IMG/VR virus record: IMGVR_UViG_3300025012_000054
Span: 27,456-91,455 of that record
Strand: one strand, 5' to 3'
Length of the DNA stretch: 64,000 bases
Origin: a virus
A program made the translations under genes and the position numbers. The notes below the pieces were generated by a model that searched no databases, had not been told where the DNA came from, and saw only the letters and a program-made list of their open reading frames with translations. Shown in pieces: positions 47,614 to 57,841 of this stretch (position 1 is its first letter; the number at the start of each line of letters is the position of its first letter).

Positions 47614-48080
47614 GACATCCTCTTTATCCAGTACAACAACTTGTGAAATGGCAGGGATGATGCCAGCGCGGAGACGCCCGAAGACGTGTGACTATGCCCT
47701 CCGGCACTACTCGTTGTGCCATTATTAACCGTATGTCCATGACCTGTATTCGCATATGGTGTTCCTCCCGTCACAAAAAACCCAACGTTTTGTTCTCCAT
47801 TTGCACTCACAGAAATGCTATAACTATGACTGTGATCACTAACCGCACCAGAATTTGCGCCGGAGTGCAGATGTGTGGCGCTACCAGCAGTTGTTAGAAG
47901 TTCACCAGATGTTGCCGCACCTCTTACAAATCTGCCTCTGAGATCAGGTGTTCCGCCGCTGCCATTACATAATTGATATCCTGAAGGCACGGCGCTTGCG
48001 CTACCATACCATAGCACAATGGCACCAACTAAAACACCTGTGTTTAAATTTTGATCACCGGTATTATTTATAACTATCAT
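47610..48080 (-). CDS. Tail collar domain / short fibre protein with HxH motifs
   Basis: Same motifs as neighbours. Confidence 0.8.
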   Translation of the reverse strand: MIVINNTGDQNLNTGVLVGAIVLWYGSASAVPSGYQLCNGSGGTPDLRGRFVRGAATSGELLTTAGSATHLHSGANSGAVSDHSHSYSISVSANGEQNVGFFVTGGTPYANTGHGHTVNNGTTSSAGGHSHTSSGVSALASSLPFHKLLYWIKRMS

Positions 48081-48140
48081 ATTGTCGTCACCATATTATC
48101 GCTGCCTTTCATTTAAAATTCCGCCGAAGTTGTTATAAGT

Positions 48141-48170
48141 AAAAGGGGCTGGAAATAAAATTCCAACCCC
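48141..48170 (-). terminator. Rho-independent terminator after the tape measure gene
   Basis: GGGGTTGGAA/TTCCAGCCCC followed by TTTT on the - strand. Confidence 0.7.
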
Positions 48171-48177
48171 ATAAATA

Positions 48178-51100
48178 CTACACGCTATATGTAAGCGCAT
48201 TAGCCCTCTTACCTCTTTGGTTACTGGCGGAATTCAAAACATCAAATACCGCAGTTTTTATATCATCTAATCCCACTCTGTCAAGATTTCCGGCTACCGA
48301 TATGCTGATATCTCCTACGACGATACCACCGCTGGCGCCACCTGAGTTTGCAACCACGGTGTCCATATTAGGTATTTGTGCTCCTCTAGCAAGTTGCTGC
48401 TGTTGCTGCTGGTTGAATATCATAAACATTTCACCGCTTTCAGCCATGAGAGGATAGGTGTCATCGGGATAACCCGGAGGTATGACTCCCATACCGCCTT
48501 GGCTAAAACCACCAAAATCTGATTGCCATTCGCCCTGGGAGTTATAAAATCCATCGCTCCAACCACCACCAGCAGTAAAGTTTTCTATTCCCGGCCCAAC
48601 GTTGCTACTAGCACCGCTACTGCTGCCTCCGCCGCCACTGTAACCTCCACCTCCGCCTTGGCTATTCATTTGTTGAAGGGCTTCGATGACCTCACGAATG
48701 GCTTCAATCATGCGATTAAAGCCTTCTATAAGGCGGTCAATTCCTGCGAGTTGATTGTTAATCCATTCTTCATAGGCGGCGTATTCAGCATCTAATGCTT
48801 GTATCTGAATATCATAGGTTCTATCGGCTTGCAACTCCGCTATTTCTTCCGTTTTTTCAGCACGAAGTTCTTCTAGTTCCAGACGTCTCGCATTCGCTTC
48901 TTGACTGTTATCAAATTGTATCGCCAGGAGTTCGTTGTCGATATCTACTAATTCTTTATTTTTTTCTTCCAGAGATTTCTGATAATCATCTTCTTCTTTA
49001 GCAAGGCGTAATTTTTCTTTTTGCGCATCTATTATTTTTTTGTAGGCTTTTAGCAGATCTTTCAGTGCATCTTGTTGATCATGTAATGCATCTATTTGAT
49101 TATTTATTGCATCTATTTCTGCATTTTGTGCATCTACATTTGCCTGACTTGCTGCACCTCCGCCGCCGCCGACACTACCAACGGAAATACTCATGGCTGC
49201 AAAAGCGTTCAGCAATCCAATCATTTGTTCTTTTTCTTCTTTGGTAGCGTTTGCTGCGGCAATAGCGGACATCGCAAATTTATAGTTGCCGTTAGCGGCA
49301 GCTACGGCGGCACTGGCAATACCATATTTGGTAAACGCGTTCAGCATTTCCTGATAAGTGGCTTGCCGTGCGGCTTCGGCATCGAATAGATATCCATTGG
49401 CTGTTTGAGTCAGATATTGTGCGAGACTGGCGTTAGCGCTTATAAGCTCTATTGCTGTTTGTGCGCTGATGTAGCCATTATCTATTTGTTCTTTTTGAGC
49501 AGCAGTTACGGCATCCATTGTAGAGGCAACATCATCTAAGGATCGCTCATATTCTTCAGCAGGAGCAATGCCTCCATCAAGAGCATTGGCGGCATCGGCA
49601 AGGGCATCAACTAAGTCGCCTTGTTCGCCACCAAAACGTCTAGCAGCATCTGCCGCGCCGTCATTGGTTGCCTTTAAGATATTGGTGTTGTGTTCATACG
49701 CGATAATGATACCAGTAGCCGCTTCAATGGCTGCGGATAATTCTTTAAACTCTCTGGTAATTTCGTTATAATTAAATTCGCCAATATTTTCTTTCCCTTT
49801 GGCTAATTGCCCTCCCAAATAATCCAATCTCTCTTCGGGAGTAAATTGTTCAGTACCCATACCTCCAAATTTGCCGAGGTTATACACTCCATATTTTTTT
49901 TGACTATCTAAATAGTCCCTAGCCGATCCATATTTGTCGGCTTGTTCTCGCAAAAATCTTAGGGAATCAACCCCCTGCTGCGCTTTTATCCACGCTATGT
50001 TAGTTTCTATCGCTTTACTATTACCATCTATAGCATCTGTATATAAGTTCAAACCAGATGTAAGAGCGCCATATCGGGTATTGAGTGTTGTTTGTATATC
50101 TAATAATTCTATGTTGTCTTCAAGGGACTTATTGGCTTTTTTGGATAATTCTTCATATCTTTCTGCCAATTTTTTGAGTTCTTCTTGATCTTTATTATAT
50201 TGGTTACTGTCTTCTTGGAAAGCCGCATTTAGAGCAACAACTCGTTCTTCAGCAGTTTTGATATTAGAAATAAGCAATACCAGGGCACCGACTAAAATAC
50301 TAATGCCGGCAGTTGCTGCCGCTGTTCCAACGGTTGTAGCTGCCAAAGCAGTTGTAACTCCGCCTAATCCAAACGTTACTCCGGTTAGTCCGGTGATTAC
50401 GGCAGGTATAATAGCGATAAGAGATCCCAAACCAGTTAAAATAGTTTGATAGTTTATTACGATTAAAGCCGCGCCAATTGCTTTTAGTATCGGTATAAGA
50501 CCACCAAGAGCATCGATGACGCCAATTATTTTTGTACCTAAATCAGCGAAGTTCTTGATTGTTTCTGGCGTTATTGTTTTAGACCACATTTCTTCCAAAG
50601 AAGCAGTAAACTTGTTTTTAGCCGCTTCAACGTTATCACTAAATATTTTGTATCGTTGTTCGGTAAGACCGAGAGATTCTGCTTCTATTTCCAAAGCAGC
50701 AAGATACTCTTTTTGGCTACCCATTAAACTTTTGAGGACTTCGGATTGGCGGTTTCCTGCAAAAGCATTTGCGAGCATAGATTGTTCCAGAGTTTTGCCT
50801 TGAGCGCCTAGTTCATTCCATAAAACCATCGTTTCATTAAGTACGTCGCCCATATCCCGGAACTGACCAGTTGTTTTATCCCGCAGGGTTAATCCCAGAT
50901 TTTCAAGAACTGTTTCTACATCTGAAATAGATTCGCCTTCGTCGTCGAAAAATTTCCCCAGCTTGACGTTCTGCATCCTAACCAGTATCGTTTTGCATAT
51001 TTGTTACTCTTATTTAAATACATAAATAAGGGAGATACTTCTTCTTAAAAGCGTCTTTACGCTTGAGTATCTCTCTTCCCCTTCCTTTGTTATAGGGAAG

Positions 51101-53419
51101 ATCAGACTATCGCATTCCCATTTAGAAATGGGATTATCTCACTTAGTCGTTCAGGCTCTATCCAAAAGAAAGTGGCATTTCTTTTGTGTGTAATATTCTT
51201 CTGAGTTTGTGTGCACAATCGTACGAGCACGCATGATGATTGGCTTTTACATAATGGGAAGTCAATTGTTCTTTTTCTTTTCCGCAACATTCGCAATTAT
51301 ATGTTGTCCATTTTTCGGGTTGTTTCATCGACCTTCTTTCACCTGTTTTTATGTTGACAATCGTATTTATATATTCAATTGGCTGATTCATATATGGTGT
51401 TTGAATGTCGTTGTTTAAAATCAATTCCGATCCATCAACAGAATAATTGAAAGAATGATAATCAAATAAAACTCCATTGTTTTCAATATATTTCAAAATA
51501 AGGAGTTTACACAGATTGGGATTATTCATTATTTCCGATTCCCACAGATATAAAATTTCTATGCCGTAGTTATTTTTAAAATATGAATGTTTTGCTTTAT
51601 CTTGTTTTATTCTACTGACATGTCTTTCATATATAATTTCAGGATATTTACGATGATCACAATGCCAATATGTACCCATATTTTCAACGACTAATCCTTG
51701 CTGAATTAAGTAGTTATCTGCGGAAAAATAAATAAATCCTTTTTCTACAGAGTATTCTACCAATAGACTGTCAAGAATTCCGTTAATAACCCGCTGTATC
51801 CTTGTGTCTGCCTTAGCCACAAGTCCTTCTTCGAGTATTTTTGTTGCTCTGATTTTGCTTTTATCGCTCCATTCTTTGGACTGACTCCATACTTGGGCAT
51901 ACCACGCTTGCCTACAGATATTTGAACAAAATCTTTTACCATTCTCTATTTCCGCCGTTAAAGCGTCAAAAGACTTATCGCACCAACCACACAATATGTC
52001 TTGATGCAATTCGGGAATATAGCAAGGATGATTTTTTCCGGTTCGGGGGTTCTGGCGTTGCCATTCTATCTGACATTTCAAACCGCAATAGATCTTATTT
52101 TTAATCTTGGTCGTTTCAAACGGTGTGTCACATATTGGGCAAAATCGTTCTTCATAAAACTGGTTGTGCTTAAATATCATTTCGCATTCTTTACTACAAA
52201 AAGAATGCTCATGTCTTTTTCTACCAGTACGAATAATTGATTTATTACAATTTGAACAAAATAATTCTATCACTGTGCCTCCTTTCTTTAATTATTAAGT
52301 ATACCACACTTTGCCACAAATGTCAATATACAAATCAGAAGATATTACTAAATAGTTGCCCCTTGTTGTCCTCTTCAGGAGTTCCAAGTCAATCAGAGAT
52401 AATTTTTCATTAGGGATTATGAATTATGCCCTAATGCCTCCAATCCCTCATCGGGAAAAGGCTTGTCCGATACTTTCTGGAGCGACACGCATATTAGCGC
52501 TCACCACAGTTATCATGGCTGCCATTTGATCAAAATCTACTCCAGCCATACGAGATGTTGCTGAAACTTTTTGTAACGCCGAGGCCACTTCACCTACAGA
52601 ACTGGCGTAGGCATTGTCTAACGAAATTAATTTGTCAATAGTGGGCATAACTTCATCTAAACTTAATTTATAACCATTAATAATAGATGTAAGATATTCC
52701 GTAGATTGCGCCTGGTCTAAATTGCCTAATTTAGCCATCATTACACTGGCGCGTAATAATTTCTGTGTCTCCTCTGCTGTTTTACCCTGTCGCTGCCATT
52801 CCAGCGATCCTTCAGCGACTTCCAGAGTAGTTGCGCCCAACTCTTTCGCCAAGTTATTATATTCAATTGCCAAAGCTCTTGCTTGGGAAGTAGACATTCC
52901 GGTGACAATCTGAACATTCGTCATAGACTTGTTCAGGTCTTCAATAAACTGAACGCCTTCTTTGATGTTCCTCAGTGTTCCATACAATATACCTGTGGCG
53001 ACACCCCACATCGCGATTTTACCAACAACTTTAACTATAGCAGTACCAAAATTATCCGTACTGGCTATAGTTGTTCTAGCAGATTGATTGACTTCTTCAA
53101 ATTTATTTTTAAGCCCCCCCATAGCGACTTGAACTTTACCTATAGAAACTTGACCTTTACTATAAGCACCTATGAGATTACTAACGTCGTGATATTGCTT
53201 GGCAACTTCAGGATTCTTAAAAGCGTCCTGATTCTTTATTTTTATTGCTTCCAGTTGATTTTTCAACTTGCCAACACTGGTTTCTAGTTTTTCAAAATCC
53301 GTTGCTTTCGCGGTTACGGATATATTCATCGGCTTCATCTTGGCTTGTATTTTAGCCAATTGTGCTTCTATGCCGATATCCGATAGCTGCATTTTTACCA
53401 TTACATTATATTCGGCCAT
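48178..53419 (-). CDS. Tape measure protein, spliced: join(53419..52458, 50995..48178), 1259 aa
   Basis: TP901-type TMP core; splicing restores ...ESIGQA-F-KTILVRMQNVK...; 962+2818 nt = 1260 codons. Confidence 0.88.
51158..52273 (-). CDS. Intron-encoded homing endonuclease (Zn-finger repeats + Vsr/EDxHD-like nuclease)
   Basis: CxxC...FCS repeats; D...VE..G.YWH...D..K...G..ILYLWE. Confidence 0.8.
   Translation of the reverse strand: MIELFCSNCNKSIIRTGRKRHEHSFCSKECEMIFKHNQFYEERFCPICDTPFETTKIKNKIYCGLKCQIEWQRQNPRTGKNHPCYIPELHQDILCGWCDKSFDALTAEIENGKRFCSNICRQAWYAQVWSQSKEWSDKSKIRATKILEEGLVAKADTRIQRVINGILDSLLVEYSVEKGFIYFSADNYLIQQGLVVENMGTYWHCDHRKYPEIIYERHVSRIKQDKAKHSYFKNNYGIEILYLWESEIMNNPNLCKLLILKYIENNGVLFDYHSFNYSVDGSELILNNDIQTPYMNQPIEYINTIVNIKTGERRSMKQPEKWTTYNCECCGKEKEQLTSHYVKANHHACSYDCAHKLRRILHTKEMPLSFG
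52298..52326 (-). promoter_or_regulatory. Intron-internal promoter for the homing endonuclease
   Basis: TTGACA-17bp-TATACT with TGTGG on the - strand; AAGGAGG RBS downstream. Confidence 0.8.
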
Positions 53420-53463
53420 TTATATTTTACCCTCCTTTCTATTACTTGAAAATATAAATTGAA

Positions 53464-54477
53464 TTACTTATCAAAGTGCGCCTTGAGATTATCGAGTTCC
53501 TTCCATTCTCGATCTTTCCCTGTTAGGTCATTATAAATGGCGTACATAGAAGCACTTTTCCAGCCACAAATTTCGACTATCAAATCACTGGTCAATCCTA
53601 TACGAGTAAGAAAAGTAACCATATAATGCCTAAACGCATGGGCATATAATGGAACACCGAGAAATTCTTCCCATTTAGGAATCCAGTAACGAATTGTGCC
53701 CATAGTAGCTGGAGAACCGTCTTGTTTAATAAAAATACTAGTATGACTCTGACTGTTCGCTTCCATGATTTTATTACGTTCTATTAGCCATGAATCATAA
53801 TATGGAATAAATAAATCCTTGATAATATATTTAAATTTCATATCTCCGGTTTTAGTCCGCCCTTTAGTTTTTATCATTTTACTGGTTTCAATAAAAATAT
53901 CGGAATATGCCAAATTATCTTTGTCAATAATGTCTGTAGTAAATCTCAACAGCTCACTTATTCTAGCTCCACTGGAAATAGCCAAACTAATTAAACACGC
54001 TTCCTGCAATTTATTGGAACCCACTAAATGCTTTAGTAAATTATTGATTTGATCTTCGCTTAAAATAGTTTTTTCTCTTGACATTACTTTAGGCATTGTT
54101 TCCACCGCTTTTAAAATAGTGTTCCGGTAAAGAGGAAATTCTTCGTCCATCATTCGCTCGACAAAGTTGCTCAGACTGGACAAGCAACTTCTCATTCGAT
54201 TGAATCTTGATGAACTCCATTTGAGGTCGCTAACACAAAAACTAAAGAATTGGGAAAATTCCATCTTACGAATATCTACAAAAAATTTATTATCTAAATT
54301 TTCTAATACAAAAGTAAAAAATATAGAAAGATCGCTTCTATATCCGTCAACCGTTCCCGAAGAAGAGCGAGTGTCTTTTTCTCTTAAAAAATCTTTTATT
54401 AATTGCTTGTTTTTTTCGTTAACCTTTTCCCACTTATCAGGAGAAGTAATAATATTTTTAAATGTTTTTCGTCCCAT
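53464..54477 (-). CDS. Tyrosine recombinase in the tail module
   Basis: GARISE (R), TKGR (K), HAFRH (HxxR), GW...Y; position upstream of TMP as for SPbeta yomM. Confidence 0.88.
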   Translation of the reverse strand: MGRKTFKNIITSPDKWEKVNEKNKQLIKDFLREKDTRSSSGTVDGYRSDLSIFFTFVLENLDNKFFVDIRKMEFSQFFSFCVSDLKWSSSRFNRMRSCLSSLSNFVERMMDEEFPLYRNTILKAVETMPKVMSREKTILSEDQINNLLKHLVGSNKLQEACLISLAISSGARISELLRFTTDIIDKDNLAYSDIFIETSKMIKTKGRTKTGDMKFKYIIKDLFIPYYDSWLIERNKIMEANSQSHTSIFIKQDGSPATMGTIRYWIPKWEEFLGVPLYAHAFRHYMVTFLTRIGLTSDLIVEICGWKSASMYAIYNDLTGKDREWKELDNLKAHFDK

Positions 54478-54537
54478 TGTTTTTATGTCTCCTTTATGCG
54501 ATTCCGATTATATTTTAGATTATTTCTATTTTTTTCT

Positions 54538-55023
54538 TTAGGCATCGCTGTTCCTCCATGGTATAATTCCTTGTTCTATAAAATAACATAATCCTATAGC
54601 TACAGAATCCGACTGATCCTGATTTTCAAACCTGATATAAGGAAACATTTCCAGTATCTTTCCTTGTACGACAGATTTGTCAGACCTTCCGTTGCCCGTC
54701 ACAATTTTCTTAACGGATGAGGGAGCATACACGACTTGGCGGCAATCATTGAATAAATACTGGGTGAGACCAACCACCTTAAAAATTGCCTGCGTACTTG
54801 CCGCATGACGAGAAAACCCCGATTCTAAAATAATCAGATTTGTGGAATATTGCCCACGCAATTCCAACCAATTATCTGCTATTATTTTCAGCCTATCCTT
54901 ATGCTCCATTTTAGAAGTTGTAGGAATGCTCATTATTTTAATCGGATTTCCTTTTTCATCAAATATGCATACTCCGCTAGATGACAAGCTTAAATCAAAA
55001 GCATATATATAATTCATATTCAT
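54538..55023 (-). CDS. RuvC-like Holliday junction resolvase
   Basis: AFDLS..SSG, ILE, PSSVKK.VTG.GR.DK, DQSDS.AIG. Confidence 0.85.
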   Translation of the reverse strand: MNMNYIYAFDLSLSSSGVCIFDEKGNPIKIMSIPTTSKMEHKDRLKIIADNWLELRGQYSTNLIILESGFSRHAASTQAIFKVVGLTQYLFNDCRQVVYAPSSVKKIVTGNGRSDKSVVQGKILEMFPYIRFENQDQSDSVAIGLCYFIEQGIIPWRNSDA

Positions 55024-55082
55024 CTCCGTTTCAATATAAGGACAAGAAACTATTTCTAATCCCTCATCCTTATACTATACCA

Positions 55083-55619
55083 TTATAAAATTATGTCAAC
55101 AAGTTTTCCATTAGCATCAGGAAGAATATTTATCTTAATACCGGTAGTTGACACGGAATTCGATGTCATAACTTGTGCATACTTCTGGTCGATGGAGCAG
55201 TTAGGAAAACCATATTTTAACTGTTCGACGTTTTCTCCTGTAGAATTACGAACTTCAGCCACAAGAGCAACCTTGCACTTTTTTGAATCACGCCCAGAAA
55301 ATAAAGAAACTTTTTCTTGAGGTTTTACATTCAATACGTTTTGATAATCTGTATGTTTTTCTTCTTTCACATCAGATAAAAATTTTAAAAAATTAAGACT
55401 AAATGCAACATCTGTAAAAACAATCGTTCCATTTTGGTGCCCAATATCTACCGTACAATCAGTCAGAGTCTTACTAGACAATATTAGGTTTTCTTTTTCA
55501 TCAAATATATATATGTCACATATACTTACTAAAAATTTATTATTTAAAAAACCTGATTTAATATCCTCATAACTATAAAGTAGAGGATTATTTCTTCCGC
55601 CGCGTATTTCAGTAATCAT
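55083..55619 (-). CDS. Major tail protein paralog (rearranged)
   Basis: TEIRGGRNNPLLY at the N-terminus plus alignable segments to 58265..59320. Confidence 0.65.
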   Translation of the reverse strand: MITEIRGGRNNPLLYSYEDIKSGFLNNKFLVSICDIYIFDEKENLILSSKTLTDCTVDIGHQNGTIVFTDVAFSLNFLKFLSDVKEEKHTDYQNVLNVKPQEKVSLFSGRDSKKCKVALVAEVRNSTGENVEQLKYGFPNCSIDQKYAQVMTSNSVSTTGIKINILPDANGKLVDIIL

Positions 55620-55657
55620 ATTTTTCCTTTTCTTTTTTTGATTCCATATATAAAAAT

Positions 55658-55685
55658 AGGCAGGAGGCACTTAAGCCTCCTGCCT
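55658..55685 (-). terminator. Rho-independent terminator
   Basis: AGGCAGGAGGC/GCCTCCTGCCT stem with a T-run on the - strand. Confidence 0.8.
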
Positions 55686-55704
55686 TCTAACTACATCTAA
55701 TCAC

Positions 55705-56082
55705 CTATTTCTCGACGGGCTCAACCACTTGCTGTTTAGTTGGAGCATTAAGTTGTTTAATGGTTGCGGCTTTAGAAATAGCACCATCAGCACCGAACAA
55801 TTTATTCCAGACCTGGCTGGACATCCATATACCCATGCCTATCACAACTGTGGGGAACCACTGCTCGATAAAATCAACCATGCCAACAGGAAGATATAAG
55901 GTAAGAGCACGACTTAATATCGGCAAGAAAATGCTAACTCCGCCAACAATCCAGAATTTAGCCTTATTAGATAAATTCACGAACCATGCCCATCGTACTA
56001 AAATTACCGATAAAATTACACCAATAAAAACGGGACTACCTATTAGTGATAGAAAATCCTTAAACGTTTCGGGTAAAACCAT
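55705..56082 (-). CDS. Holin-like membrane protein
   Basis: Three hydrophobic segments; AAGGAG RBS. Confidence 0.6.
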   Translation of the reverse strand: MVLPETFKDFLSLIGSPVFIGVILSVILVRWAWFVNLSNKAKFWIVGGVSIFLPILSRALTLYLPVGMVDFIEQWFPTVVIGMGIWMSSQVWNKLFGADGAISKAATIKQLNAPTKQQVVEPVEK

Positions 56083-56095
56083 TTGTTTTTCTCCT

Positions 56096-56611
56096 TTAAA
56101 AAGTTTTTGTAAATTGAATGCCGTGCTTGCTGAAAAGTGATTCCAATATAGCGTCAAAACTACCATCATTTACTTTTTGTTCTATAATAGACCAGAAATC
56201 CCTAGGCATAGCCGCATTTCCGCCAAAATCATAGCCGGTTCCCGTGGCAATAAATTCCGCCATGTTTGCGCGTCTATCGTCTCCCGCGGAGTTACCGTGT
56301 TGATGTTTTTCAGGAACATACTTCATAGCAGTGGCTTCCTGAAGCCTCAATAATCCGAGAGGGTCAATCCCGACTAGCGATTCAACATATTTCCCCGCAA
56401 ATTTTGCCACTTCTTTGCCCCAAGCACCTAAAAAACCACCATTGTCTTCAAGTCTTTCGTAGTCGCCTCTCGTTTCAGAATAGACCGTGTTCCTAACAGA
56501 TTCTTTGATTATCTCAAGAATTTGCCCAGAAAATTCGTCTACAATCTCTGTCATCTCAGCCGAGAATACCGCCATCAACTGGACGTCATTAGTTATAGGA
56601 GCTCCCGCCAT
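56096..56611 (-). CDS. Neck/tail completion-like protein (HK97 gp10-like)
   Basis: V...VY...YER...GG.L..W; PRDF; morphogenesis context. Confidence 0.5.
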   Translation of the reverse strand: MAGAPITNDVQLMAVFSAEMTEIVDEFSGQILEIIKESVRNTVYSETRGDYERLEDNGGFLGAWGKEVAKFAGKYVESLVGIDPLGLLRLQEATAMKYVPEKHQHGNSAGDDRRANMAEFIATGTGYDFGGNAAMPRDFWSIIEQKVNDGSFDAILESLFSKHGIQFTKTF

Positions 56612-56627
56612 CGCTCACCTCCCGTGG

Positions 56628-56822
56628 TTATATCTCCACCTTACTGTTTTTATTACGTTTATCCGTAATGTCTTCACTAAAGTTGCAATCCTCACATATC
56701 ATAAATGTATTGGAATAGCTAACTCCTTCTTCGTCATCGACGACATCAACCACTTTCAGTCTACCACCACATTCGGGGCAACCGTATTCCAGGTACTTAC
56801 GAAATTTTTCTCTATATGGCAT
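56628..56822 (-). CDS. Zinc-ribbon protein
   Basis: CPECG...CEDC. Confidence 0.65.
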   Translation of the reverse strand: MPYREKFRKYLEYGCPECGGRLKVVDVVDDEEGVSYSNTFMICEDCNFSEDITDKRNKNSKVEI

Positions 56823-56825
56823 ATA

Positions 56826-56843
56826 ATGAAATCCATCTTTTAT
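56826..56843. repeat. Isolated ATRAAA-N6-TTTYAT site
   Basis: ATGAAA-TCCATC-TTTTAT; contains the TAA stop of the - strand gene 56840..57400. Confidence 0.8.
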
Positions 56844-57400
56844 GTGGTAGTTTTTTTAGGTCTGCCCTTTTTTACCGGCAATTCTTCCGTGGTTTCGATA
56901 TTGGGATAGAATTTACCCACATCGGCTTTAACGGCTTCGAATTTCCCCAACAACTTTTGGATGCCGTCTTCGCTGAAATCCATGTCTTTTACTTTGGCGA
57001 TGGCGTCGCTGGCTACATCTATCAACCGCTTAAATGCGGACACAACAGATTGCTGTTCCTGCAATTCTTTTTCAATCTTTTTGATGTCGATATAAAGTTC
57101 ATCGAGATCCATAATCTCAGCAGATACTTTATTCCAAAGTCCGCTGGAAACCACATCATCTATCACAATGTCTTTTATGTCGACGTTGGTGAGAACGTCT
57201 AAAACTGCAACAACCAGGGTATAATGTCTGGTAAGATATTGAGTAACGACATCATCGTCTGCTGCGCTAAAATACGCGGCTAAAATTGTATTTTTATCCG
57301 TCATATTAATGAATTTCTTAACCAGAACTTTTTTATCACTGAAAAGAAATTCAGCCAGAGGTTCTTCCTTATTCGATAAATCAAAATTTATTTTTTCCAT
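56840..57400 (-). CDS. Hypothetical protein (possible tail assembly chaperone)
   Basis: Morphogenesis context. Confidence 0.55.
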   Translation of the reverse strand: MEKINFDLSNKEEPLAEFLFSDKKVLVKKFINMTDKNTILAAYFSAADDDVVTQYLTRHYTLVVAVLDVLTNVDIKDIVIDDVVSSGLWNKVSAEIMDLDELYIDIKKIEKELQEQQSVVSAFKRLIDVASDAIAKVKDMDFSEDGIQKLLGKFEAVKADVGKFYPNIETTEELPVKKGRPKKTTT

Positions 57401-57415
57401 TTATTTCATCCTAAA

Positions 57416-57841
57416 TTATTCTTCCTCATATTTAAAGCAGGGGGGGTCGATAACTACGTCCATGATACCGCCATCACATGCTTTCTGCGCGAGTTCACGA
57501 TAATAAACTTCGAGGCAATCTATAGTTGCATCTCGCTCGTCGAGTTTACGTATAAGTTTCTTGTTTTCTCTTTCTAGCCTGCCAATACGAAGTCCCTGAT
57601 CATCAAATTTCTTTTCTTGATCCAAGAATTTTTTATCATATGTGTCAATTACGTTTTCAAGCCTGCTGATGCGAGTCAATTGCTTATCTAGGGCGTCCTC
57701 GTATTTGTCAATGGTTTCTGCGGCGGTTTTATCGTTTTCCACCACCAATTTATTTTTATCTCCACGCGACAAAAATGTTTTCCAAAGCATTACTAGAATG
57801 CCGATGAGTGCTACGATATCAGTAATGCTAGGACTTGTCAT
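57416..57841 (-). CDS. Membrane-anchored coiled-coil protein
   Basis: N-terminal TM segment plus heptad repeats. Confidence 0.6.
   Translation of the reverse strand: MTSPSITDIVALIGILVMLWKTFLSRGDKNKLVVENDKTAAETIDKYEDALDKQLTRISRLENVIDTYDKKFLDQEKKFDDQGLRIGRLERENKKLIRKLDERDATIDCLEVYYRELAQKACDGGIMDVVIDPPCFKYEEE

Larger units (their letters stand above)
50996..52457 (-). mobile_element. Group I intron (1462 nt) in the tape measure gene
   Basis: 5' exon ends in U, paired with IGS GAGGC (52440-52436) via a U-G wobble; intron ends in G; P3 TTATCTC/GAGATAA; P7 GACTA (51148-51144)/TAGTC (51109-51105). Confidence 0.9.

Noticed and set aside
46781-48080. Diversity-generating retroelement or shufflon acting on the repeated fibre genes
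   Set aside because: No reverse transcriptase, no near-identical TR/VR pair, and all copies have the same orientation without flanking inverted sites.
52366-52386. CTGAAGA on the - strand in the intron as a second hammerhead
   Set aside because: It is the loop of a short TCC/GGA hairpin in the intron, without the downstream GAAA and stem III arrangement.
48178-53419. Stop-codon recoding or pseudogenisation of the split tape measure gene
   Set aside because: The split is fully explained by a group I intron. Other genes use all three stop codons normally, and no suppressor tRNA was seen.
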